This document shows, piece by piece, positions 45,813-54,380 of a stretch of 64,000 nt of DNA. Position 1 is the stretch's first letter. Every line of letters starts with the position of its first letter. The DNA lies in the sequence record MW598459, one strand, 5' to 3'. Source of the stretch: Escherichia phage vB_EcoM_RZ. The notes under the pieces were generated by a model, which was not told the DNA's origin, made no database searches, and worked only from the letters and a program-made list of their open reading frames with translations. A program made the translations under genes and the position numbers.

Positions 45813-46367
45813 TTAGTTCTTATAAAAGCGGAACGGATTTATATGGAAGGCGAGCATAGCCTTAGGGATGGGTCGGGACAGAAGGCTCTTGAGCTTCCAG
45901 CCACAATAAACACGCAGATAAAAGGTGATTCCACCGACCTTAAGATAAGGAACAGAAGCAAAAACACCCCAGGCATTGTCCGTCCACATAAAGAGCCATC
46001 CGTGATGAGCTTTATCCGGGGAACCAGATTCGACATCAGGATTACCTTTATAATGGAATTCTGAATTGCAATCACGACCGAGCTTGTGGTAAGCAAAATT
46101 GTATGCTTTGTTTCGCCAGAGCCAGGCTACTCGTTGGAAGTAAACACCTAATGGCCATTTTCGGATTTTTGACCAACGTTTGACATGACCCCGGTCACCA
46201 TCAATCGGATTATCATAAGTCATCATCCAATCAAACCCGAACGGAAGTTTACCAGTCTTTTTATTATGGAACGGAACTACAAATGGAGCCAGGATAACGG
46301 CCAGAATCATGGAGATAAAATCCAGCGGAACTAACAGAATCCAACTCAAATATTTTAACAGTTTCAT
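45813..46367 (-). CDS. Hypothetical membrane protein (184 aa)
   Basis: Track ORF 45813..46508 trimmed to ATG at 46367 (MKLLKYLSWILLVPLDFISMILAVILAPFVVPF); upstream part of track ORF overlaps the RNA region. Confidence 0.5.
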   Translation of the reverse strand: MKLLKYLSWILLVPLDFISMILAVILAPFVVPFHNKKTGKLPFGFDWMMTYDNPIDGDRGHVKRWSKIRKWPLGVYFQRVAWLWRNKAYNFAYHKLGRDCNSEFHYKGNPDVESGSPDKAHHGWLFMWTDNAWGVFASVPYLKVGGITFYLRVYCGWKLKSLLSRPIPKAMLAFHINPFRFYKN

Positions 46368-46390
46368 ACGTTTCTCTTTAGTTGATTTAT

Positions 46391-46418
46391 AAAAAAGCCC
46401 CAACCTTTCGGAAGGGGC
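46391..46418 (-). terminator. Hairpin with U-run on minus strand, probable terminator of the tRNA/small-RNA transcript
   Basis: GCCCC...GGGGC inverted repeat preceded by A6 on plus strand. Confidence 0.4.
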
Positions 46419-46458
46419 TATACCTTGTCGGGGTTCCACCTGCAAGGCAAGTGTTTGT

Positions 46459-46550
46459 ACGAAACGCCGGGATTCGAACCCGGTTATTAAGCAGTTGACG
46501 CTACTCAATATTTTTAAAAGGCCATATCTCGACCATATCCGAACGTTCCG
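46459..46550 (-). ncRNA. tRNA-like element (canonical T-arm CCGGG-TTCGAAT-CCCGG plus 7-bp acceptor-like stem) without a recognisable cloverleaf; possible small stable RNA
   Basis: Hand-folded from minus-strand sequence; 92 nt between paired acceptor-like ends; D and anticodon arms not identifiable. Confidence 0.3.
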
Positions 46551-46718
46551 TCAAAAACGCTACTCGGCTTACGGCAAAGATATTTCCTCGAATCGATAAT
46601 TCGGTGCGCCGTTTCTGCTGTGATATAAGGGGACATCAACAAATCGTAAAGATTTATTAATGTCAGTCCTTAAACAGGGAACATCAGTCCGACGACTTAC
46701 CGGTAGCGACCCGGTTTC

Positions 46719-46958
46719 TCATTCAATTGTAATAGCTAATTTGACTTTAACAACCTTATAATTGGAATCAAGGTCATTGAATTCCATAAAATTTGTTGCT
46801 AGTCTGCGAGTCGGGAAACTTAGATATTTATTATGTTCGGGTGGAGCAGTTAATGCAAACCATGGGACTTGTTTATCATTTTCGTCAAACTCATCAAAGC
46901 TATAAACCAGCTCGTTGCTGGTTATATCCATAACTGCATATGATTCACTAATAACCAT
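46719..46958 (-). CDS. Hypothetical acidic protein (79 aa)
   Basis: Track ORF 46719..47003 trimmed to ATG at 46958 with GAGGA RBS; the TTG-initiated extension overlaps tRNA-Arg. Confidence 0.45.
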   Translation of the reverse strand: MVISESYAVMDITSNELVYSFDEFDENDKQVPWFALTAPPEHNKYLSFPTRRLATNFMEFNDLDSNYKVVKVKLAITIE

Positions 46959-46973
46959 AATATCCTCAGTAAT

Positions 46974-47050
46974 TGGTCGGGGTGGTGGGATTCTAACCCA
47001 CAACCTACGGTTTAGAAGACCGTTGCTCTATACAATTGAGCTACACCCCG
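46974..47050 (-). tRNA. tRNA-Arg (anticodon UCU)
   Basis: Hand-folded cloverleaf: acceptor CGGGGTG/CACCCCG, D-arm GCTC..GAGC, anticodon stem ACGGT/ACCGT with loop CUUCUAA, T-arm GTGGG-TTAGAAT-CCCAC, 3' ACCA encoded. Confidence 0.75.
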
Positions 47051-47127
47051 GGTGGCCCCATCCAGATTTGAACTGGTAACCTTTCCCTTATGAGGGGACT
47101 GCTGCTAACCAATTGAGCTACAGGGCC
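47051..47127 (-). tRNA. tRNA with CAU anticodon (Met or Ile2)
   Basis: Hand-folded: acceptor GGCCCTG/TGGGGCC (two GU pairs), anticodon loop CUCAUAA, T-arm CCAG-TTCAAAT-CTGG; abuts tRNA-Arg. Confidence 0.65.
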
Positions 47128-47132
47128 TAAAA

Positions 47133-47399
47133 TTAAATTACAAATCCAGCGGGAGCATTATCATCTTTAATCATATGCTGAATTGTATGATAAGTTAGTT
47201 CTTCTGGTGCAACCAGATAAGCCGCAACGTTAACTAGTGGAATTATTTTTGGTTTAGCGAATGTGCTATCGGCAATTGCCATAAAGGACTCGCCGTCGGT
47301 CTCAACTTCGCCAAATTGACACTCATACGAAATAGAGCAGCGTTTGGTAGTGGTTGTCTTTGTTTTAGGGTCATAAAAAGCTAATTTTAATACTAACAT
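47133..47399 (-). CDS. Hypothetical protein (88 aa)
   Basis: Track ORF directly upstream of tRNAs. Confidence 0.4.
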   Translation of the reverse strand: MLVLKLAFYDPKTKTTTTKRCSISYECQFGEVETDGESFMAIADSTFAKPKIIPLVNVAAYLVAPEELTYHTIQHMIKDDNAPAGFVI

Positions 47400-47536
47400 A
47401 ACACCTCAAGTAAAATTAAGTAAAGTAAGTTTGATTAATAGCACATGCTATTATGAAAGATTCTTTGAGGGAAGAACCTTTGGTAATAGAGGGTACTTAT
47501 TAATAATAACACACAACTCTTAAAGCATATTACTTG

Positions 47537-47917
47537 TTAACCTTCATCAACAATAGTGTGGGTGTTGGCATTAACAATCTGCCACCAGTCAAAACGGTTA
47601 GAACCATAACAAGGCTTATTCTCGTTTTCTTTAATGATAACGCGCAGTTCATCTTCAGTCGCAGCTTTTGCAATTAGGTCTGCATAACCACCCCGGGGAT
47701 AATAGTTATCACCAGCAAAGAGCAAAAAGTTTGTTTTGATATTCTTGAATTCTTCAAGAGTAATAACCGTTCCAGATGGTTGAACAATATCTACGTAACT
47801 ATATCCTAATTTTTGAGCTTCATCTACCGCTTCAAGCAGGGTGTCATGCGCCCACCCAATTTGGCAATCTGGTTTTTCAGATGGATTTGCCTGATAATCC
47901 GCATACACTTTATACAT
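47537..47917 (-). CDS. Hypothetical protein (126 aa)
   Basis: Track ORF 47537..47965 trimmed to ATG at 47917 (MYKVYADYQANPSEKPDCQ...). Confidence 0.45.
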   Translation of the reverse strand: MYKVYADYQANPSEKPDCQIGWAHDTLLEAVDEAQKLGYSYVDIVQPSGTVITLEEFKNIKTNFLLFAGDNYYPRGGYADLIAKAATEDELRVIIKENENKPCYGSNRFDWWQIVNANTHTIVDEG

Positions 47918-47918
47918 T

Positions 47919-48104
47919 TTACTCACCTTTAGAGATTTTATCCATAACGAAAGAGATTGAACCAATTAAAAATGCAACTACTAAAGAGATTATATTCTCA
48001 GAAGTTGAAAGCATATTCAACATAAAGCCAGCAAACATGCTAAAACCAAAAGTGGTAACAGCAACAAGGGCAGTAACATTTCTAATTAATTCGCAACGTT
48101 TCAT
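47919..48104 (-). CDS. Small membrane protein (61 aa)
   Basis: Track ORF trimmed to ATG at 48104 preceded by conserved leader CAACTACTGAGGAGAATAAA. Confidence 0.4.
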   Translation of the reverse strand: MKRCELIRNVTALVAVTTFGFSMFAGFMLNMLSTSENIISLVVAFLIGSISFVMDKISKGE

Positions 48105-48162
48105 TTTATTCTCCTCAGTAGTTGATAGGTCTAGGTTATGATATACTAGACCAGTAACTGTT

Positions 48163-48384
48163 TTATTCAGCACCAACGGCTTTCAAAAGTTTTTTAAGGT
48201 TGACAATACCACGGGCAGAGAAAGTAACCTTACCACCTGTTTCAGATACAGAACCTGTAAGTTTTGCCAATTTATCATTTGGTAACTTTTTAAAATCCTT
48301 CAGTGTACCATCAAAAGTTTTAGATTGAATCGGCAATTCGTCATGCATTTTAGCTTCGTTAATAAATTCTTGATACGTTTTCAT
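48163..48384 (-). CDS. Internal-protein-like (73 aa) with capsid targeting sequence MKTYQEFINEA
   Basis: Track ORF; T4 internal-protein leader; own early promoter. Confidence 0.65.
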   Translation of the reverse strand: MKTYQEFINEAKMHDELPIQSKTFDGTLKDFKKLPNDKLAKLTGSVSETGGKVTFSARGIVNLKKLLKAVGAE

Positions 48385-48412
48385 TTTTTGACCCTCAGTA
48401 GTTGATGGGATA

Positions 48413-48441
48413 ATTATACGCTATCCCATTTAAAAGTACAC
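48413..48441 (-). promoter_or_regulatory. Early promoter (-35 GTGTAC, 17 bp, -10 TATAAT inside hairpin GGGATA/TATCCC)
   Basis: Read on minus strand upstream of ORF 48163..48384. Confidence 0.55.
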
Positions 48442-48696
48442 TTATTTTTTAGGGATACGATAGTAACGCATCTCAACATCTTTCTGCTTGTACCACTTTT
48501 TGATAAGGTCTTCAGAACCGCTAATAGTAACGATGTCATAACGACCATCATGCGATACTTCAGCACTTAACTGCATGAAATTGTCCAGTGAACGACGGAA
48601 TTCCTCATTGGAAAAACTGCCACGCGGCGAACCAACATAAGCAAACTCAACTTTTGCATTTGCAGATTCAGTAATAAATTCTTGATAAGTTTTCAT
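48442..48696 (-). CDS. Internal-protein-like (84 aa) with capsid targeting sequence MKTYQEFITES
   Basis: Track ORF 48442..48726 trimmed to ATG at 48696. Confidence 0.65.
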   Translation of the reverse strand: MKTYQEFITESANAKVEFAYVGSPRGSFSNEEFRRSLDNFMQLSAEVSHDGRYDIVTISGSEDLIKKWYKQKDVEMRYYRIPKK

Positions 48697-48721
48697 ATAG
48701 TCTCCAGTAGTTGATGAGATA

Positions 48722-48751
48722 ATCATACTACAGTTATCCCATCGCGTATAC
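48722..48751 (-). promoter_or_regulatory. Early promoter (-35 GTATAC, 18 bp, -10 TATGAT)
   Basis: Read on minus strand upstream of ORF 48442..48696. Confidence 0.5.
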
Positions 48752-48752
48752 T

Positions 48753-48995
48753 TTATTTTAAGTCTTCCAGACGTTTTTTCATCTTGGTGCCGTTCTTAGC
48801 AATTTCACCCGCGTCTGAACAAAGAGCAAGGAGAGCTTTAACTTTACCCTGGTCGCCTTTAAAAGATGATGCATCTACAGAATCGGCAAGTTCTTTGATA
48901 CGTGCAAACAGGCGCTCTGCTTCAGCAAGGGCTTGACCAAGTTTAACTTCCATACCATGGGAAGATTCTGTTATAAATGTTTGATAAGTTTTCAT
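48753..48995 (-). CDS. Internal-protein-like (80 aa) with capsid targeting sequence MKTYQTFITES
   Basis: Track ORF. Confidence 0.6.
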   Translation of the reverse strand: MKTYQTFITESSHGMEVKLGQALAEAERLFARIKELADSVDASSFKGDQGKVKALLALCSDAGEIAKNGTKMKKRLEDLK

Positions 48996-49003
48996 TTGAA
49001 GCC

Positions 49004-49276
49004 TTATTTAAGATAAATTGCATATTTTTTATAACCAGCTGTCTCATGACGGAGACCCTTGTCATTGGCAAAACGCTCAATGTTATTAATTTGGTTCTGG
49101 TCAAGTTCTGAAATGTCAAACGCGAAAAAGTTGCGTTTGTTACCAATTGTTATATGGTCAGTCAAGTCAATGCTATACAGGTGATTGATATTGTCAATCA
49201 TAGATTTGACTGCTTTACTAATTTTTACTTCTTCATTCAGTTGTGACTCGTTGAAAAATTCATTGAAAGTTTTCAT
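49004..49276 (-). CDS. Internal-protein-like (90 aa) with degenerate targeting sequence MKTFNEFFNES
   Basis: Track ORF. Confidence 0.55.
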   Translation of the reverse strand: MKTFNEFFNESQLNEEVKISKAVKSMIDNINHLYSIDLTDHITIGNKRNFFAFDISELDQNQINNIERFANDKGLRHETAGYKKYAIYLK

Positions 49277-49284
49277 AAGAAACC

Positions 49285-49617
49285 TTATTTATAAAGTTTT
49301 GCCAGTTCTTTACGTCCACGAGCAGACATAATAAATTGTTCATCGCCAATTTTAAAATATGCCATACCACCGTCAACAGCGATACCAATTTCTTTAGTAC
49401 CTTCTTTGCCTTTCCACTTGCCACCAGATTTCAGGACAGCTTCAACTGCAGCTTTGGAATATTTGGACGTTTGAAAACGTTCATTACCAATCTGAAAGAA
49501 AACACCATCTGCATTTTTGGTTAAACCAAATTTCAGAGAGCCTTCACTATCATCAATTGATTTGGTCTCATTGATGGCGGATTCGGCTAAAAACTCGTTG
49601 TAAGTTTTGATGTTCAT
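49285..49617 (-). CDS. Internal-protein-like (110 aa) with targeting sequence MNIKTYNEFLAES
   Basis: Track ORF; own early promoter. Confidence 0.6.
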   Translation of the reverse strand: MNIKTYNEFLAESAINETKSIDDSEGSLKFGLTKNADGVFFQIGNERFQTSKYSKAAVEAVLKSGGKWKGKEGTKEIGIAVDGGMAYFKIGDEQFIMSARGRKELAKLYK

Positions 49618-49648
49618 TTTAACTCCGTTTGTTCGTTGGTGTAGGTGT

Positions 49649-49677
49649 ATAATACTGCACCTACACTCATTTGTACA

Positions 49678-49678
<1 letters not shown>
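49649..49678 (-). promoter_or_regulatory. Early promoter (-35 GTGTAC, 18 bp, -10 TATTAT inside 9-bp hairpin GTGTAGGTG/CACCTACAC)
   Basis: Read on minus strand between 57B stop and ORF 49285..49617. Confidence 0.55.
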
Positions 49679-50368
<690 letters not shown>

Positions 50369-50369
<1 letters not shown>

Positions 50370-51046
50370 TATATTACCTTATTAATTTTATCAAAAAGTT
50401 CTTCGAGTGTGCCATCGTTTTTAATAACAATGTCACTAGCTAGTGGTGGAAGTCCAGCTTCCGTAATGTGTGTATCAGTAGAATGATTTGCTTCATCGCG
50501 TTCTACAAAGATTATTGTAGCACCCATCGCCCGAAGCGAATCAAGTTCGTTCTTTTGGCGAACATCTGGGACAACGTAATATTTATATCCAGAATAGAGG
50601 TTGTCAAGATAGTCGCATGCAAAAGTTTTAATCCAAAACATGCTGTCGAACTCTGTACAAACAATATCAGTTCCAAGGGTCTGCATGAAACGTCTAACTG
50701 TCCAGGGCTCAACATTATTTAGTGTGTGAAATTCAATGATTTTACGAACCATATCTGGATTCGGAAGGTCAAGATTATATTGTTGTTTCAACCATTCAAG
50801 AGCATCAACCAGAAGAATATAAGCTTCGGTGTTGTTCATTATCAAGGTTTTTTCACGGTCATAACCTTGTCCATCAAAATTTTCCAGGGTCAAATTGTGT
50901 GGCAGGTCTTGACGAATCCACGCGTTATAAAGCGCTTCTTTAATCGGACCAGCAAGCTGCCACTTTGTTCCGTTTTGACTAATAACATAATCAGCAGTCG
51001 TATCTTTACCACTGCGTTTTTTACCCACAATCGCAATTAATTTCAT
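50369..51046 (-). CDS. 1: Deoxynucleoside monophosphate kinase gp1 (225 aa)
   Basis: Track ORF; P-loop GKKRSGKDTTAD; T4 gp1-like. Confidence 0.88.
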
Positions 51047-51642
51047 ACGTTTCTCATAGATGGATGCATTGACTTAGACCTGATTTCCTGTTGCATTGCC
51101 GCATTACTATCAATCTGTGGTCTACCTTCTATTATTATACCATCAATTTCTACAGCAAAAGACTTAAAGTTAAAAGTTGCTGTTGCAATGATAGCCGGGT
51201 CAGAATCTTCTTTATATGAATACTGAATCTCTGACAGGTCGGACGGCCATGCTCCATAGTAATGGATTGACATGACAATTTTGTCCTTGTTGTTATCTAA
51301 GATATGAAGCGTGACCGCTTCGGGACGACCCTTCGGATGCCATGCTTTTGATTCGTGTGTGATGTAGTTGTTGAGCGAGAGCATCCATTTATAGATATCA
51401 AGCCATGCTCTTAGGTCTTTGTCACACAGAAAGTTAACAATCAGCGGGTCGAATTCTATTGTACTACCAGGAAGACTGGAGCGATTTATACCTTGTGTTC
51501 CGCCCGGGACATCCGTCACAGGAATGTGAACCCCTGGGAGGGTAACGTCTTGAACGTTTAGTTTAAAGGTCTGTGTGAGGTTTGAATCGCTCACCTCTAA
51601 TATAAAGTTAGTCGTGTTAGTTTGATTATATAAACCTGACAT
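51043..51642 (-). CDS. 3: Tail completion / sheath stabilizer gp3-like
   Basis: Track ORF 51043..51819 trimmed to ATG at 51642 (MSGLYNQTNTT...); position between 1 and 2 as in T4. Confidence 0.6.
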   Translation of the reverse strand: MSGLYNQTNTTNFILEVSDSNLTQTFKLNVQDVTLPGVHIPVTDVPGGTQGINRSSLPGSTIEFDPLIVNFLCDKDLRAWLDIYKWMLSLNNYITHESKAWHPKGRPEAVTLHILDNNKDKIVMSIHYYGAWPSDLSEIQYSYKEDSDPAIIATATFNFKSFAVEIDGIIIEGRPQIDSNAAMQQEIRSKSMHPSMRNV

Positions 51643-51727
51643 AGTGCACCTTGTTTGCTTTAAAACAATCAGTGTTATAATGGTTCTAGACCTTTTGTCC
51701 TTACCAATAACACTGACCGATAATAGA

Positions 51728-52561
51728 TTATGAATTTCTCCATACTTTCTGTGAAGAAAATCTTTTGCCTTTTGAAAAAAACTGCTGAAGGGGGAGTAAT
51801 ACCACATTTGCCCAGTCACTGGGCTTGATTTCAGTAATAGTACCTTTTATATTGCCAGGTATATATGCTTTAATCATCTGGTCAGCCCCTTTAAATCCCT
51901 TCACCTTTGACCAATCAATCTTCAGATGAGTCTTGTTCGTAATCGTAGGAGTATTAGCATATTGCTTAAGAAGTTCCTCAAGGAACTCTTGACGTGCCTT
52001 CGGTGGAATATAGTGCAAGTTCAAACCATACATCAAATTGTGCTTACCTAGCCCAAGATAAATGATTAACGGATATTTGTCCCAGTACGGAAGAGTATCC
52101 TTATGCTTTGCATCATAGATATAAGCATAAATCTTACCCGGTTGAGGTTTAGCCGTTACGTGGCCACGAACTGATTTCTTAATTGTCTCAGCGAACCATC
52201 TGGCAGATTTGGTGTTGCTTGCTGCGCCTTCGTTAGCAATCTTATCTCTTATGCTCTTTCTAAAGCTATTCACCATTATCAGCTGGCGTTCAGCCTTCGT
52301 AAGTTTACCGGCGGGTTTCTTTTTGAGCTTGGATACTTTATAAGCAGTCTGAATTCTCGAATGATATCTTGACATGCTTTTGGTAAAGGTCGAATAGTTG
52401 ATTCCTTTCTCTTCAGCAAACTTCTTCGAGGTCATTCCCTTTTCTTTTGCTGTATAAAATTCAACCCCTATTTCAACCCATTGTTGTTCGGATTTACTGG
52501 GTTTTGGACCTGGTTTATCTACAGATTCATTGATAAATGTAAAAATACTCATCCTTTCCAT
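51728..52561 (-). CDS. 2: DNA end protector gp2-like (277 aa; alternative ATG at 52552)
   Basis: Track ORF; basic protein of T4 gp2 size in syntenic position. Confidence 0.7.
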   Translation of the reverse strand: MERMSIFTFINESVDKPGPKPSKSEQQWVEIGVEFYTAKEKGMTSKKFAEEKGINYSTFTKSMSRYHSRIQTAYKVSKLKKKPAGKLTKAERQLIMVNSFRKSIRDKIANEGAASNTKSARWFAETIKKSVRGHVTAKPQPGKIYAYIYDAKHKDTLPYWDKYPLIIYLGLGKHNLMYGLNLHYIPPKARQEFLEELLKQYANTPTITNKTHLKIDWSKVKGFKGADQMIKAYIPGNIKGTITEIKPSDWANVVLLPLQQFFSKGKRFSSQKVWRNS

Positions 52562-53277
52562 CCTTCTATAAAATTAATCAAATCATTTTTTAAATAGTAT
52601 GGTAAGGTTTCTGTATAGCCATCGACCATAATATCTTTATTCAAATAACCTCTGTCTTTTATATATAATACAGATATTGCGGATTCTAACATTTTGGCTT
52701 GTGCACCCAGTTCAAATTCTCGATAATATAATTTGGAACTAATGCATTTGGAAAAATGATTTTGCTGCCACAATCTAAAATCATGATTGGAAGTTATACC
52801 ATACTTTAAAGCAGTTCCGCCCGGATATTCTATTTTATTAACATAAACAATAGCAGGTTTCTTTGCGTTAAATCCTTTGTGACAACAGTTTGGACATCCT
52901 TTGTTTTTTGTTGTAAAGTTGTTTAGATTTGTAATCCAACTGGTTGAACATGTAGAACACTTTATATAGGCTTTTGATTTTGTAAAAGTTGAATATGTGG
53001 TATCCCATTTATCAAAACTATACAATGGATTCACGGAATTTATTCTTGTGATTGCATCTAATTCAGATATTAATTTGCTTTCACCATAAGAACGTTTTAA
53101 ATTACAATTAGAACACCAACTTTTTGTTTTTAACTTATGCTTTAAAACAGTTGCTTTGTATTTGCATGTTTCTTCACATATAAAGCACTTTACAAATATC
53201 AAAGTTTTTGATTTATTAAAATCGCCTTGTCCCACTATCTCGCCATTTGTGATGTTAAAATCTGAACAATCGTACAT
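52549..53277 (-). CDS. Cys-rich hypothetical protein (242 aa), possible GIY-YIG-like nuclease with N-terminal zinc fingers
   Basis: Track ORF; CxxC pairs CFICEETC...CSNCN and CSTCS...CPNCCH; C-terminal IVYVNKIEY...KYGITSN...R...E; lies between genes 4 and 2. Confidence 0.4.
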   Translation of the reverse strand: MYDCSDFNITNGEIVGQGDFNKSKTLIFVKCFICEETCKYKATVLKHKLKTKSWCSNCNLKRSYGESKLISELDAITRINSVNPLYSFDKWDTTYSTFTKSKAYIKCSTCSTSWITNLNNFTTKNKGCPNCCHKGFNAKKPAIVYVNKIEYPGGTALKYGITSNHDFRLWQQNHFSKCISSKLYYREFELGAQAKMLESAISVLYIKDRGYLNKDIMVDGYTETLPYYLKNDLINFIEGWKG

Positions 53278-53729
53278 TATAAACCCTTATATCCCATTTT
53301 TCTAAGCGCATCTTCAGTAATCAATCTAAACTGGATGCCCATTTTATCGGCTACGGCCTGCGCTGCTTTCCACTTATCCTTGTTAACGGCCCAAGTGTAC
53401 ATTTCGTTCATAAACCTCTTCTTACTTGCGGCGGTCGTATTGACTGGTTTTGCCGGCGGCCTTGTTTCCTTTTTGGGTTTGACCTCAAAGAAAAACTGTT
53501 GTCCATTTGAGAATTTCACCCACATATCCATGTAATATCTGCGTTTTTTACCATCCGCATTACTGAAATATGGAATAATTACGGTCTCAGAGCCCCATTG
53601 TATCACATCTGGATGATTATCTAACCAATTAAATACAAATTTTTCCCAATTTGACCTGTATGTGATTTTCTTCCAGTCTCCTTTGTACTTGGCAACGTTT
53701 TTTGGCTGCCACTTCCCGGAGTATGCCAT
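53277..53729 (-). CDS. 4: Head completion protein gp4 (150 aa)
   Basis: Track ORF; MAYSGKW.PKN..KY.GD.KKITYRSNWEKF matches T4 gp4 from memory. Confidence 0.92.
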   Translation of the reverse strand: MAYSGKWQPKNVAKYKGDWKKITYRSNWEKFVFNWLDNHPDVIQWGSETVIIPYFSNADGKKRRYYMDMWVKFSNGQQFFFEVKPKKETRPPAKPVNTTAASKKRFMNEMYTWAVNKDKWKAAQAVADKMGIQFRLITEDALRKMGYKGL

Positions 53730-53757
53730 ATAGCCTCCTAATAAATATTGATATACT

Positions 53758-53765
53758 TATTTATA
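53758..53765 (-). promoter_or_regulatory. Late promoter TATAAATA for gene 4
   Basis: Exact T4 late consensus on minus strand 28 nt upstream of gp4 ATG; part of palindrome AGCCTCC...GGAGGCT shared with gene 53 RBS. Confidence 0.55.
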
Positions 53766-53777
53766 AATGGAGGCTTT

Positions 53778-54380
53778 ATGCTTTTTTCATTTTTTAACCC
53801 AATTGATTATGATGCAAAAACAATCAGAAAAAACTCGGCATCATTAACGAAAGAAGACGTCTTAAGCATCCCAATGACTGACATCTTCAGAAACTATCGT
53901 GCCTATTTTGATAAGGTTGCGGTTAATTATACACCAAAAACATATTACATCGCTGGAGCTCCGAGACCTGAAGAACTTGCATACCAGCTCTATGGAAACA
54001 CGCAACTCTATTGGGTTCTCCTTATGCTTAATAATATCTATGACCCTTATTATGGTTGGATATGTTCACAAGAATCATCGTATCAGGCATCAATTCAACG
54101 CTATTCAAATATAGGTGGTAATCAGGTTCTTTATCATGTAAATGAAGATGGTGAAAAATTCTGGAATCTTGTTTCTTATCCTGATAATCCGTACACCTGG
54201 TATGATAAAGGTGATAAGAATAAATTGTACCCACAATATGAAGGTCCATTGGCTGCAGTAGATATCTATGAAGATGCTATTCGCAAAAATGAATATAAAC
54301 GAGAAATAAAGATAATCGACCCTAATGATATCGAATCATTTATTTCGGCATTAATCCGTGAGATGGAGAAGGCATTATGA
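53778..54380 (+). CDS. 53: Baseplate wedge protein gp53
   Basis: Track ORF 53748..54380 trimmed to ATG at 53778 with GGAGG RBS (MLFSFFNPIDYDAKT...); matches T4 gp53 from memory. Confidence 0.88.
   Translation: MLFSFFNPIDYDAKTIRKNSASLTKEDVLSIPMTDIFRNYRAYFDKVAVNYTPKTYYIAGAPRPEELAYQLYGNTQLYWVLLMLNNIYDPYYGWICSQESSYQASIQRYSNIGGNQVLYHVNEDGEKFWNLVSYPDNPYTWYDKGDKNKLYPQYEGPLAAVDIYEDAIRKNEYKREIKIIDPNDIESFISALIREMEKAL

Noticed and set aside
46459-46550. Calling the T-arm-containing element a bona fide tRNA (type II Leu/Ser)
   Set aside because: Could not fold D-arm or anticodon arm by hand; 92-nt length and lack of cloverleaf argue against a functional canonical tRNA; reported only as tRNA-like ncRNA.
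48138-48167. Candidate promoter upstream of ORF 47919..48104 with the conserved leader
   Set aside because: A -10-like TATCAT is present but no acceptable -35 hexamer at 17-18 bp; may be a middle-type promoter, which I cannot call with confidence.
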